This document shows positions 26,476-38,681 of a DNA stretch of 64,000 bases, piece by piece. Origin of the DNA: Octopus sinensis (lineage: Eukaryota); assembly GCF_006345805.1 (NCBI RefSeq), contig NC_043011.1:16256464-16320463 (forward strand). The letters are read 5' to 3'. The notes beneath the pieces were generated by a model, which worked only from the letters and a program-made list of their open reading frames with translations, did no database searches and was not told where the DNA came from. The position numbers and the translations under genes are program-made. Position 1 is the stretch's first letter. Each line of letters opens with the position of its first letter.

Positions 26476-26900
26476 GAAAGGAACATTTATTTTTTTAATT
26501 ATTACTAATACTACTACTGCTGCTTCTACTACAGCTGTTTGTACCAGTAAGAGAAAGAGGAGTGGGAGGAGGAGGAAGTGTAGTAATAGTTATAGTTGTT
26601 GTTGATATTGTTGTTGCTATAGACATTTATGTCGGCGTTGATGAAAATTTATGAACGCAATTATCATATTCAAAACTAAGGTAATATTACAGCAAACAAC
26701 TACGAATTCCACCGAGGTAGATTTTGCGTTCTATTTTTTTTTTGAGGTGGGGATAAAATAAGTACCATTTCAGCACTGGAGTCGGTGTAATTAACTTCCC
26801 CTTTCTCGAAATTACGGCCTTTTGCCTCATTTTCAAACTAGTTTTACAGCAAAGCGTAAGGGGATGCACCTGCACATCGCTACTGCGCTGGTAAAAAATG

Positions 26901-27101
26901 CTTACTCGTTTACTTGTTTCAGTCATTTGACACTGACCATGCTAGAACACCACCTTTAGTCGAGAAAAGCGACCCAGGACTTATTCTTTGTAAGCCTAGT
27001 ACTTATCCTTTCGGTCTCTTTTGCCGAACTGCTAAGTTACGGGGACGTAAACACACCAGCATCGGTTGTCAAGCGACGTTGGGGGGACAAACACAGACAC
27101 A

Positions 27102-27157
<56 letters not shown>

Positions 27158-27316
27158 CATATATACGACGGGCTTCTTTTCAGTTTCCGTCTACACACAA
27201 GGCTTTGGTCGGCCCAAGGCTATAGTAGAAGACACTTGCTCAAGGTGCCACGCAGTGGGACTGAATCCGGAACCATGTGGTTTGTTAGCAAGCTACTTAC
27301 CACACAGCCACTCCTT
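26901..27316 (-). mobile_element. SINE family B, full length
   Basis: Reverse complement of the 7971-8380 element, including the ttacttgtttcagtcatttg tail and cagccactcc head. Confidence 0.88.
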
Positions 27317-27759
27317 CACCTACACCTCCTGCTTACTGACATTTTTTCCAATTTTATTAAAGGCGTTCAAATGTTGGCGGGTTCGACTTTGTCTTTCATC
27401 CTTTTGAGCCCATAAAAAAATTACCAGTTAAGTATCGGAGTCGATGTAATCGACTTACGCCTTTTACACGAAATTGCTAGTCATGTGCCAAAATCTAACA
27501 CAAATACGGCTTGAAGCATTGTTGTAAGGATGGGAGCTTCGTTTCGCAATCACGTGATTGTGAAGATGATAGTGCAATGCAGCAAGAATGTTTTACTATA
27601 AATATAGGTGTCTGGATATCTTGATATCTTCACTTCGGAATGATGAAAGGCGAAAGTCGGTCACGGTGAAATTTGAACTCAGAACCTAGAGCAGGAATAA
27701 TATTTTGGCCTACGTACAAGCATTTCAACAGTCTCGCTGCCTTTAACAACAACAGCAGC

Positions 27760-27839
27760 AGCAGCAGCAGCAACAACAACAACAACAACAACAACATCAG
27801 CATAATAGCCATAATAATTATAATAATAATAATAATAAC

Positions 27840-27875
<36 letters not shown>

Positions 27876-28029
27876 GATAATGATAATAATAATAATAATG
27901 ATAATAATAATAATGATAATAATAATAATGATTATAATAATATTAATGCTTATAATAATAATAATAATAATAATAATGATTATAATAATTATAATAATTA
28001 TAATAATGATTATTATAATAATAATAATG

Positions 28030-28103
<74 letters not shown>

Positions 28104-28142
28104 TGATGATGATGATGGTGATGATAATGATGATGATGATGA

Positions 28143-28194
<52 letters not shown>

Positions 28195-28203
28195 ATGATG
28201 ATG
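27760..28203. repeat. Compound trinucleotide microsatellite (AAC/AGC/AAT/GAT)
   Basis: Read directly from the sequence. Confidence 0.95.
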
Positions 28204-28224
28204 AACTGGACAGTAAAAACGTGA

Positions 28225-28720
28225 TTCGAACATAAACCCGAAGGCATCATCGAAAATGATAATGCAAAGATCCTAGGAGATTTTATGATTCAGTGCAACA
28301 ATGCGATAGAGAATAGGAAACGAGACACAGTGTTAATTGAGAAGGAAAGCAAACGATGCAGGATCATAGATATAGCATGTTCAGCTGACAACAAGGTATA
28401 CGACAAGGAAGGAAGAAAAGTCGATAGATATGACAGGTTAGCGTGAGTGGATGAGCGGTTGTAGTCGATTAAAAAGGTTGTTGTAGTACCAATAATTTTC
28501 GGAGCTCTGGGAACAGCGAGTAAAAATCTTGAGAAGTGCATGGAACAAATAGGGGCTGCAATAAGGGTGCCGCACTTGAAGAAAACAGCACTGCTTGGAA
28601 CCGCTCGAATACTCCGGATGGTGCTCAAACAAAAAGGGTGTTACCTTAGTTCACTGGTAGAGAACAGCAGGCACCGTAGAATATCTCCAGCGTTAGAAAA
28701 TGTGCAAAGACAATAAAGAA
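28225..28720 (+). mobile_element. R4/Dong-like (restriction-like endonuclease) non-LTR retrotransposon 3' fragment
   Basis: KPEGIIENDNAKILGDF..RKRDTVLIEKE..CRIIDIAC..KE.RK..RY..LA..VPIIFGALG..LKKTALLGTARILRMVL matches the RLE C-terminal pattern; internal stops. Confidence 0.8.
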
Positions 28721-28968
28721 CAACAACAACAACAATAATAATACCACGGCGAGTACCATGGACCGCAGAGAATACCAAACAGCATTGACGTGTGACAGCA
28801 AGCTACCGGGAAGATAGATCAAATCTGTAACCATCACGAAGCAGAAATTAAGAATACGCAAAAAAATTAAAGAAAACTACGCCTTAATGTAAATCATCTC
28901 AGGAATCTGAAAGATTTTTCTTTTATGGCGTATATATATATATATATATACTCCATATATTATTATTA

Positions 28969-29076
<108 letters not shown>

Positions 29077-29084
29077 TAAGCAGA

Positions 29085-29282
29085 ATGGTTATCACGCCGG
29101 GCGAAATGCTTAGGGGTATTTTGTCTGTCGCTACCTTTTGAGTTCAAATTCCGCCGAGGACGACTTTGCCTTTCATCATTTCGGGTGCAATAAATCAAGT
29201 ACCAGTTGAACACTGGGGTCGATGTAATCGACCCATTCCCTCCCTGAAAATGGCTGCCCTATGGAAAAAATTTGAAACCATT
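29085..29282 (+). mobile_element. SINE family A variant ending in (ATT)n
   Basis: cacgccgggcgaaatgctta..gagttcaaattccgccgagg..gggtcgatgtaatcgac..aaatttgaaaccattatt. Confidence 0.8.
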
Positions 29283-29313
29283 ATTAATATTATTATTATT
29301 ATTATTATTACTA

Positions 29314-29349
<36 letters not shown>

Positions 29350-29372
29350 TATTATTATTATTATTATTATTA

Positions 29373-29408
<36 letters not shown>

Positions 29409-29409
<1 letters not shown>

Positions 29410-29957
29410 GAGTGAGAGAGCGGTTCATGCCATCAAAGTGACACTGGGGTAAAATATACGAAACCCATATACCCATCATGACTACCCGTCTGATAAGGTA
29501 CATCAGGCACATGCATCACAACCATATGTGCGCGACATGGTGATCTCATATCAAGATAAACAGCACATGACCTTGCGGGTGGGGCCCAGTTAGAATTTTC
29601 TTCAGGTTGAGTAGCCCATCCCGCTCAAAAGGTCCCTGAATAAGGATTGTTTAAGGATGTTGAAAGAACCACCCATGTTTCCAGAGGTGAATTATTCAAA
29701 CCCCAAAGAATCCCTCTCAACACATGGCTATGATGCTCCCCCACTACTTCTGCTCGTGATCAGAGATGCACATATCGTCAGCCACTAAGGGAAATGCTCA
29801 ACTGGTTAAGGTCAAACACCTGACAAGCAAATCTGTGGTATTGAGCAGAATATTTGCTGTAGCCCATCTTTTATACCAAGACAAAACAATGTACATGATA
29901 ACACTTGCAATCAGTTAAGATCAGAAGCCATGAGAGCCACTTCCTGGTACTGCATCT
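29409..29957. mobile_element. Interspersed repeat embedded in (TAT)n, with a partial second copy at about 30298-30400
   Basis: gagagagc..tcaaagtgacactggggtaaaa..cccatcatgactacc.gtctgataaggg occurs at both loci, each time adjacent to (TAT)n. Confidence 0.65.
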
Positions 29958-29995
29958 ATTATTATGATTATTATCATTATTATTATTATTATTAT

Positions 29996-30197
29996 TCTAT
30001 GTTTGACTTTTGCTTTATGTCTGTACAAGTTGGCTCCAAGTCTCACCCAGAGACCTCAAGAGACAACAGGTTAGAAGTTCACGTTGTTGTTATGCCTAGT
30101 GTGCCATATATTTGGGGTTTTTTGGTGTTGTACTAGTGAATGTCTAATACATTAAAAAAAAATGTTTGTTTTAAACCTTGGGATTACATAGAGAGTA
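29996..30197 (-). mobile_element. Probable 3' end of an R4/Dong-like LINE (ILSM* plus 3' UTR) inside (TAA)n
   Basis: Minus strand atactctctatgtaa...gaggtctctgggtgagacttggagcc...aaaagtcaaacatag-aataataat, with (TAA)n on both sides; family assignment is from memory. Confidence 0.45.
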
Positions 30198-30219
30198 TTA
30201 TTATTATTATTATTATTAA

Positions 30220-30273
<54 letters not shown>

Positions 30274-31039
30274 GATTGTTTTTATTATTTTTATCATTGA
30301 CTGAGAGAGCAGTATATGTAATCAAAGTGACACTGGGGTAAAATCTACGAAGCCCAATATACCCATCATGACTACCAGTCTGATAAGGGTACACCAGGCA
30401 CAACAACAATAAAAAACAAAGACTACAACAGCAAAAACAACAAAAATGTAAAGGTAAAAGATGAGAAATAAAATTAGGAAAAGTAGAAATTGTGCAACTG
30501 CTGAGGATAATGATGGTGTTGGAGTTATTGTTGGCGGAGGTAATGTCGGTGTCAGTAGCGTCGGTGATAGACATATTTTCAGAGGTGATATCAGTGATAA
30601 CAACGGCAGCTTTCGCGTGAGTGTTTGTAGAGCTGGTTGCCAAAGCTGTATCGCTGAATGCATAGTTAATTAGTTTAAATGTTGAATTAATGCTGATAAT
30701 GATGATGACGTCGGTAGTGATGGTAACGATAAGAACGAGATGAGAAGGATATTAGTAATGGCTGCGGTGGTGATGATGGTGTCGGTGGTGGTGGTGGTGG
30801 TGGTGGTTGGTTCGGTGGTGGTGGTGGTGTCGGCGGTGGTGTGAAGAAAATGGTGTATGAAATCGTGTCACTTACAGGTTTTATTAAATATCAATTTATT
30901 GATGTTGTAGCGGAATCTGATGAATAATACTGTCCTATTCATTGTAGGTTCCGATATCGGTCTGATAACTTATACGCTTTGAAGTATATTTGGGATAATA
31001 ATAACAACAATGATAATAATAATAATAATAATAATAATA

Positions 31040-31072
<33 letters not shown>

Positions 31073-31083
31073 TAATAATAATA

Positions 31084-31114
<31 letters not shown>

Positions 31115-31868
31115 CGATGATGATGATGATGATGGGGTATATGTTGTAGATCATGTTTCAATATGAGTGTAGGTGTGCATATATGGAAGCGTGTATGTGC
31201 GTGTGTGTGCGTGCGCGCGCGCGTGTAAGCTTCCGAAAATGCTGTTATGGAATTAAACTGAAGATCAGGAGATCGTGGTTTGGATTCCCAGATTGTTCCT
31301 GTCCACTCACCTGTAAAGAGCCTGTCATTTCGTATATGTTGACCTGCCCACCTAGCCAGTCGGGTGGAATCGTTTCCGCACACACTTATTTGCTAATGAT
31401 AACGGAATGTGTGCTGCTTAGACTGGTTAATGTTGTTTAGTTAAGTTTTAACTATCCCGGACTCATCTCTGAATTACCAGGTCTATGCACCCTAATTTGT
31501 GAGGCTTGATACTCCCGTCTTTTATATTCAGTGTTATAATTCTCTTTTTACAATAATATAGTGTCATATGAAAGAGATTTAGCTACTATTTCTAATATTA
31601 AGTCTGCTCATATAAAGTCTTCCTTTATATGTTCGTGATGATGATATTTGACGGATGTGATGTAAGTCTGTATATAAAAGCAAATGCTGATGTGGTGATT
31701 AATTCAATTGGACAGTGATAATTTTCACACATTTTTCAGTTTCCACTGTAATGTGTGTGCAATGGCGTTGCTGAATAGATATTTCCAATACATTATTTAC
31801 TATTTCATTCCATTTCGCATGGCCTCAGTGATTCGGAGTTCTTAACATTCCGCCAATACACCAAAACT

Positions 31869-33145
31869 ATCAGGTCATCCCAAAAGTTCTGTCCGGATGT
31901 TGAATAAAGAAAACAAGTGATCAAATGTTATATTTAATTGAAATTTAATCATCATTGTACTTTCCCTGATTATGTATGAATTCCTTCCATCTATTTACAA
32001 GCTTTTTAGTCCCATCAATGTAAACCTCTTTTGGTTTCAAAGCGAAGAACTCTGAAATGTCAGTTTCGACCTCTTCCTGGCTTGCGAAAGTTATGTCTCC
32101 CAAATGATTCTGTAAAACAAGATCAGGAGAATAAGGTGGATGAGGAATTTTTTCCCAACCAAGCTATTCAATATTCTATGATGTGGTATTTGCAGTGTGG
32201 GGTCGCGCATTGTTCTGAGGAAACATCACTCCATTTCGATTCACTAAATCGGGTCATTTTTTTTCCTCCAAAGCTTAGTTCAAATGCTCTAATTGTTGGC
32301 AGTAGACTTTAGTATTGATTGTTGCATTAGGTGGTAACAATTCAAAGTGAATTACTCCTTTGCAATCTCATCAGTTAGAGAGAAGAACATTTTTACCCAT
32401 GAAGTTCCCTTCTCGGCTGTAGTTGAGCTTTTTTCCCTTTCATGAAGTCACTGTTTACGACGGTTTATCATTACGATAGAAGCTCCATTTTTCGTCACCA
32501 GTCACAAGTATATCCAAAAATGGTGAAATGAGTTCGCGAGAATGGGGAGAAGAGCAGATGTCAACTCGGGATTTGCGGTTGCTTTCGGACAATTCATGAG
32601 GTACCCATTTTCAAAGTTTAGGAACCTTTGTTCCTAAGTTGTTGAAGATGACGATGATCAGTTGTATGGTTTGAACTAAGCTTTATTGCCAATTCTTCAA
32701 CTGATAATGCAGGATCTTCTTCAAGTAATGCCTCAAGGAGCTTATCATCAAACTCAACCGGATGTCCTGTTCGATCTTCATCTTGAAGGCTGAAATCTCC
32801 ACTTCTGAATTTTGCAAACCATCTACTGCAAGTTCTTTCACTTAAGCATTTTTTGCCATAAACTGAGTGTATGTTTTGAGTCGTTTCGGCTGCAGGGTTT
32901 CCTTTTTTTTGTACTCATAAAACATTATGTGCCTCAAATGCTCTTTGTATACTTCCATGTTAGAAAGGGTTTAATCAAAGAAAATTTAATTCTATTATTC
33001 TGTAAAATAATTTTTAATTAGTTTAAATGTATACAAATACATAAACATAATTTTAAATTCCATTAGACATTCTAAAATACTATTAAATTTCATTCAATTT
33101 TTAAAAAAAAGGGAAAATCGGACAGAAGTTATGGGATGACCTGAT
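31869..33145 (-). mobile_element. Full-length (~1.28 kb) mariner element with a dead transposase
   Basis: TIRs atcaggtcatccca(a/t)aa(g/c)ttctgtccg at both ends; minus frames give RWFAKFRSGDFSL, WVPHEL, VTGDEKW and PHPPYSPDL; frameshifts and stops. Confidence 0.92.
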
Positions 33146-33473
33146 TAGCTAGCTCCATGCAATCTACTATATTTTCAATCCAAAATCTCGATGTTAAAAT
33201 CCCTTTTTGCACTATACACAAAATGGATGAATAACATATATGCATTTATATAACATGATCAAACAACATGTAAATATTTTGAAATAAAATTGCACATTAT
33301 AGTCGTTTGCAGTGTGTCATTTATAACAATAATATTATTCTTTGTTTAGAAATATAAAACTTTATTGAAAGTTCTCTAAGCTTTAAGTGTATATACATTA
33401 AATTGCTTGTAAAGACACTGCAATTGCTGTTTAATGCGAAAATTAAGGATGTTTTCTGTTTTCATAAATGCAA

Positions 33474-33510
<37 letters not shown>

Positions 33511-34979
33511 CACAATAAAGGGAATTTTTTTTGAATACTTGCCTTAGATTTCAAACATGTATTGCGTTTGATCAATTCTGGTACATGCATATACCAAAAC
33601 TGTATGCATAACCGAAAGCTAAAGTATCCTATCTCATCCACAGGGATCAAAATATTTCAATCCTATTTTTATGCATTCTCATGATGACTATAGAAAAGAG
33701 GCTGGCATACCCAACTAAAGTCAACTTGTGATTAATTATGAAAAAAACAAAAAAACAAAAAAGAACATGGGAATAGAGCTTCTGAAAGACATTTTGGTCG
33801 TCCGATAAAAGAATTAAGTGAATCGTTTTTGATTCGTTGAAGAATGAAAAATGAAAATAATTGAGTGCAATAAACCTCATTTCCTCTAGGTGAGGGAGCA
33901 AATAGAAAAGATATCAAACATGAACTATTCGAATAGTTGTGGTCCAGGAAAGGCATGAACTATCCATTTTTTCAACCATAATTTTTGAAGCAAATATTAT
34001 TGATTGTGATAATAGTTTGGAAGATTTTACGAGTCATACACCATAGGTTATCCGTTTATAAAATGCAATGTTTTAGTTCTAAGTATCGAAGCAAAAATTG
34101 CTCGAAGAATTCCTCAACATGAGGGGAACATCTGAATCTTTTACAAGTTCATTATGCAGTTAAAAGCAAACAGCTTCATTTGACTTATGTCAAATAGTAA
34201 ACATGCATTCATCTCTGTTAATATTTGATGTTCCAAGTAACAGAGCAACTTATATGAAAAATAAGAAAACAATCTCTGTGAAGACTACTCGATTCGAAAA
34301 ATCGCAGTGAGGCTAGCAATTTCTGTAGATGGGACATTTTCAACAATATTAATTTTTAAATGAAAATAATGTCCAAATTTTTCCGTAGCGTCCCCATTCA
34401 CGTATTTAGAAAAAGATGGGTGGCTGAAGGCAGATAAATTACTTTCATTTGAAACAATTGGTCGAAACCTCGTGGGGACTTATTAGTAGAACCTTTTCTC
34501 TTCACTCGGGATTAACTGAGAGCTCATAAAACGAATAAAAGGAAAGGAAAAAAGCTTATTAGTGAAAAATACAACTGACAGCTGTTTAACATGTCAAGTG
34601 TAACCTTCCTATTTTTCAATTAACAGACACATCAAGACTTTAATGAGAGAGGATTGGAACAAATGGATGTAGCAGGACGGTTTTACTACGACCCTTACTG
34701 AAGAAAGAAAAATAACGCTTGGTCCGGCATTCGTTTGGGCGAGGAATTCGTGAGAAAGCTAAAAGGTGATATAGTAATTATATTATTTCAAGCAATGCGG
34801 TATCAGTATGAATAGAACAGAGGACGACATTCTCTCATATCATTAAAATTGAATAAAATTATCGATTGTCTAATTTATATTTAAGCGAAAACAAAAGAAA
34901 TGAAGATATCGTGGACCTTGCATTAGTCTAGAGAGCTGTAATCATTTTTTAAAAAATACTCTATTTACTTATTATCGTG

Positions 34980-35640
34980 AATATTATTAAATACATATAC
35001 TAATGTATATGCTTTGTGCATTTTCCGGTGAATGCAATGGCGCAGCAGAATATATATAAATCTCATGTTGTAAGTGTTAAAACAACTTAGAGTCATGGAC
35101 AGGTGAGGCAAAAGCATTTGGGAGTGATAGACATCGATATTTCACAATTTTGTGTCTCTTAAACATCACGCACCCGCTTGGGTTTGTAGGCGAATCACCT
35201 AGCCAGTTCACGGCTTATACGCTCATGGTTTATAAAACCATGAGCTGGTATGCTCAGAAATTGCATACTTATGTGAAAATATACATATGAAATAAAAGCA
35301 GCTCAAGTGTAATACATATTATTAAATACAAATACTAAAGTATATGCTTTGTGCATTTTCCGATAGCTGCAATGGTGTAGCGGAGTATATAACTCTCATA
35401 TCACCGGTGATGAGCATATAAATTGCTGCATTGGCTTCAACACAAGCGGGCACATGATGTTTAAGAGCGACAAATATGACGAAAGATCGATGGCTACCAC
35501 TCCTAAATGGTTTTCTCACCTTTCAATGACTCTAAGTTGTTTTAACACTAGTGACATGAGAGTAATATACTCCGCTACGCCATTGCACCCACCGGAAAAT
35601 ATACAAGACATATACATAAGTATGTGTATTCAATAATATT
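34980..35640. mobile_element. Fold-back/MITE with ~200-bp diverged TIRs and an internal extra copy of the terminus
   Basis: 34980-35186 matches the reverse complement of 35438-35640; the terminal ~90 bp is repeated directly at 35316-35404. Confidence 0.75.
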
Positions 35641-36012
35641 TATTATAATCCGGCTACTTTTACTTCATATGGGCGTTTCATGTTTAGAACAATATATGAC
35701 TATTTTTATCAAATATAACTAGCTTTTAGGAAATTTTAGGAAAATAAATAAGAAATAAGTGGAAATTTTCCCGCTGAGTGTGTTACCTTATAAGCCACAA
35801 GAAGAAAAGGATTCTCCCCAGACACGACAGAAAAACTAGCTTTTCTTTTCCCCAAAATGTTTCTTTCAACATAAGAGTATATCTGGTAAACTGGTATGTT
35901 TTAAATTACGAAACCGTCGATGTTCTCTGTTCAGATACCATAGAATCTATTTCTTTTTTCACACCAGTTGCATTAGTCTTCATCATATATTCCATTTGCA
36001 AAAAAAAAATAC

Positions 36013-36078
36013 CTTTATTTTTGTAGCTGTTTCTGTCTTTTCGCTGATTACCCACAAATAAATCTTCATCTAACAAGC
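36013..36078 (-). CDS. Candidate 66-nt internal coding exon (phase 1-1), GLLDEDLFVGNQRKDRNSYKNK, gene unknown
   Basis: Acceptor gattttctttatag|G and donor AAG|gtattt; frame-preserving and stop-free; lies in non-repetitive sequence; no homology recognised. Confidence 0.3.
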
Positions 36079-37168
36079 CTATAAAGAAAATCTTCCAATT
36101 CAGAACAATACCATATTGTTCATTCTTGCTAGTCTTTCTGTTACAAGCAATATGTTGACATATGAGGTTTATAAAATTGAACAGACTTGTTGAATAATGC
36201 TGTTTTACATATGTAAATCTTATATTGATCAAATCTGGAAAAAAATTGATCATAACTCTCCTCGACCAATGCTAAATTAAGGCTAAACAGTAACAACATG
36301 ACTATCTATATAACCTGCAATAAATCTAACAGCAGGTTCCAAACCTCTCTCGCATATCGCGTTTGATAGTCGTTTATGTTCCAATAGAAGGAACGATATT
36401 TACAATTAGATTACATTGAAGTATACGTCAATTTTATGTGATTATCTCCGGTACTTGTAAAGATTTCTTCTGCATTTATTGCAAAATTTTTATACATGTC
36501 CTAGCGAACTAAATTGGTTATAACCGATACATATCGAAACTGATATTTTGCACTTAATCGCAATAACATTTTAAGTGTTCGTTATCATAAGTTTCATTTT
36601 ATTGAATTATTTTAGCGCAATTTCATACACAATTTGTATAACCCTTGGTCACTGAAAACTAAGCAATAATATGAGGCATTTCTTTCATAATCTTACTGAA
36701 TTTCTAGTATTTCTGACTCATAGTACACGATATCTATCAAAGGTCGATGCCATTTCACCTGTCATTGTTTGAAATTCTATTAATTGAAAATCTCATCGAG
36801 TAAACTGCAGTATTTCTAGCGCGAATATCTTTCATCTTATGTTGTCAAAATTTCCTTTACGATTGATCTTAAGAGCATGACTACCTACTTCATTGTCACA
36901 AAAGCGTGCTTCATGTTAATCTATATTCATTTAGCCGATGAAATAGAAATACACCTATTATCCAGAAAAATAATACAATCCCATATCGTCCATAAATTTC
37001 GCGTCCAATATTTTTGCAATGTATAGTTTGTCTCACGTGACACATTTCCCTTTTCAGGTTTCATTCTTTCCTTTTCGTCTTCTTTTCCGTTTTTCGCTCT
37101 TTTCTTTCTTTCTGTCCTCTTATCCTACTTTATGCCTTTTATATTTTGTCTGCATATATTTATATATT

Positions 37169-37204
<36 letters not shown>

Positions 37205-37214
37205 TATAATATAT

Positions 37215-37256
<42 letters not shown>

Positions 37257-37329
37257 ATATTTATATTTATATATTTATTTATATATTTGTAACACATATT
37301 TATATAACTAAGCGCATTTTTATCTGCGT

Positions 37330-38065
37330 GCATATGTGCATGTCTGTGCGTGCGTGTGTGTGTTTTGTATGTGTGTGTGTATGCATGTGCGTGTGTGTGT
37401 ATGCGTGTATGCACGTGCATGTGTGTGTATGTGTGTATGTATGTGCATGCGTGTGTGTATGTATGTGCGTGTGTATGTATGTGCATGCATGCATGCGTGT
37501 AGATGCGTGTGTATGTGTGTATGTATGTGTGTATGTATGTGCGTGTGTCTGTCTTTCTGCATGTATGTGCGTGTGTGTGTATGTGTGTATGTATGTGCGT
37601 GTGTATATGTGTGTGTATGTATGTGTGCAAGCATGCGTGCGTGTGAATGTGTGTGTACGTGTGTATGTATGTGTGTATGTATGTGCGTGTGTGTATGTGT
37701 GTATGTATGTGCGTGTGTGTGCATCTGTGTACGTATGTGCGTGTGTGTGTGTATGTGTGTATGTATATGCGTGTATGTGTGTATGTGTGTATGTGTGTGC
37801 GTGTGTGTGTATGTGTGTATGTATGTGTGTGTGTATGTGTGTATGTATGTGTGTGTATCTGTGTATGTACGTGCGTGTGTGTGTATGTGTGTATGTATGT
37901 GCGTGTGTGTGTATGTGTGTATGTATGTGCGCGTGTGTGTATGTGTGTATGTATGTGCGTGTGTGTGTATGTGCGTATGTATGTGCGTGTGTGTGTATGT
38001 GCCTATGTATGTGCGTGTGTGTGTATGTGTGTATGTATGTGCGTGTGTGTGTGTATGTGTGTGTC
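37330..38065. repeat. Long alternating purine-pyrimidine minisatellite (units like gtgtgtatgtgtgtatgtatgtgc)
   Basis: Read directly; this tract is the source of the 260-364 aa spurious ORFs in the track. Confidence 0.95.
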
Positions 38066-38681
38066 CAACGGAATATTTCAACGGAATATACAGCGGAACC
38101 TGCTGTTCCGTAACATAAAACAATTTTTATTCGTTTGAAGAAATTTAAGTTCATTCGGTTATCGCCATTTATTTACTTTGTTATTGATGTCGAGGTAGCG
38201 GATGTATAAGGAAGGAGGGGAAGCAAAGGAAGGAGAGGAAGGAGAGGATCGATTCGATGATGATGAATGCCGTCGCTGATTTATTGTTTATTGTTTATAC
38301 AACCATAATAATCATGTCGATGCTGCAGTCGCTTGTTACTATTAGTCGACAAAGGACATCCACACGCTCACACAAATTGCAGGAAATAAATCCTACATTT
38401 CTCTGATATCAACCCCACATAACCTGTAGAAAAGAGGAAGTCAAATGTTTTAGGCGTTTATTGGTGAATTTTATCGAACCGTCAACTAAATAAAATGGTG
38501 AATAATCGTGGAAAAAAAACGGATGTTACTTTGATTTGCATACAACATACATGCATATACATGCATCCACACACACACACACACACACACACATACATTA
38601 ACCTGACCCTGCAAAGGCCTGCGGTCAGCTGTATTTATTTAGTCCAGGATTGACTCATTACTATACCCTATTGTAGAATAA

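Noticed and set aside
27630-28250. Poly-I, poly-L, poly-Y and poly-H ORFs (also at 14626-15229, 28877-29411, 30152-31383 and 49654-50064)
   Set aside because: Trinucleotide microsatellite artefacts.
31260-31320. ctgaagatcagg as a hammerhead core; AG|GTGAGT on the minus strand as a recursive splice site
   Set aside because: No stem II or GAAA follows; the context is a decayed tRNA-like SINE head, and the pyrimidine tract is weak.
37019-38154. Longest ORFs in the track (260-364 aa, rich in C/V/Y/M/H/T)
   Set aside because: They are translations of the (GT/AT/GC) dinucleotide minisatellite, open on both strands because the repeat lacks stop codons.
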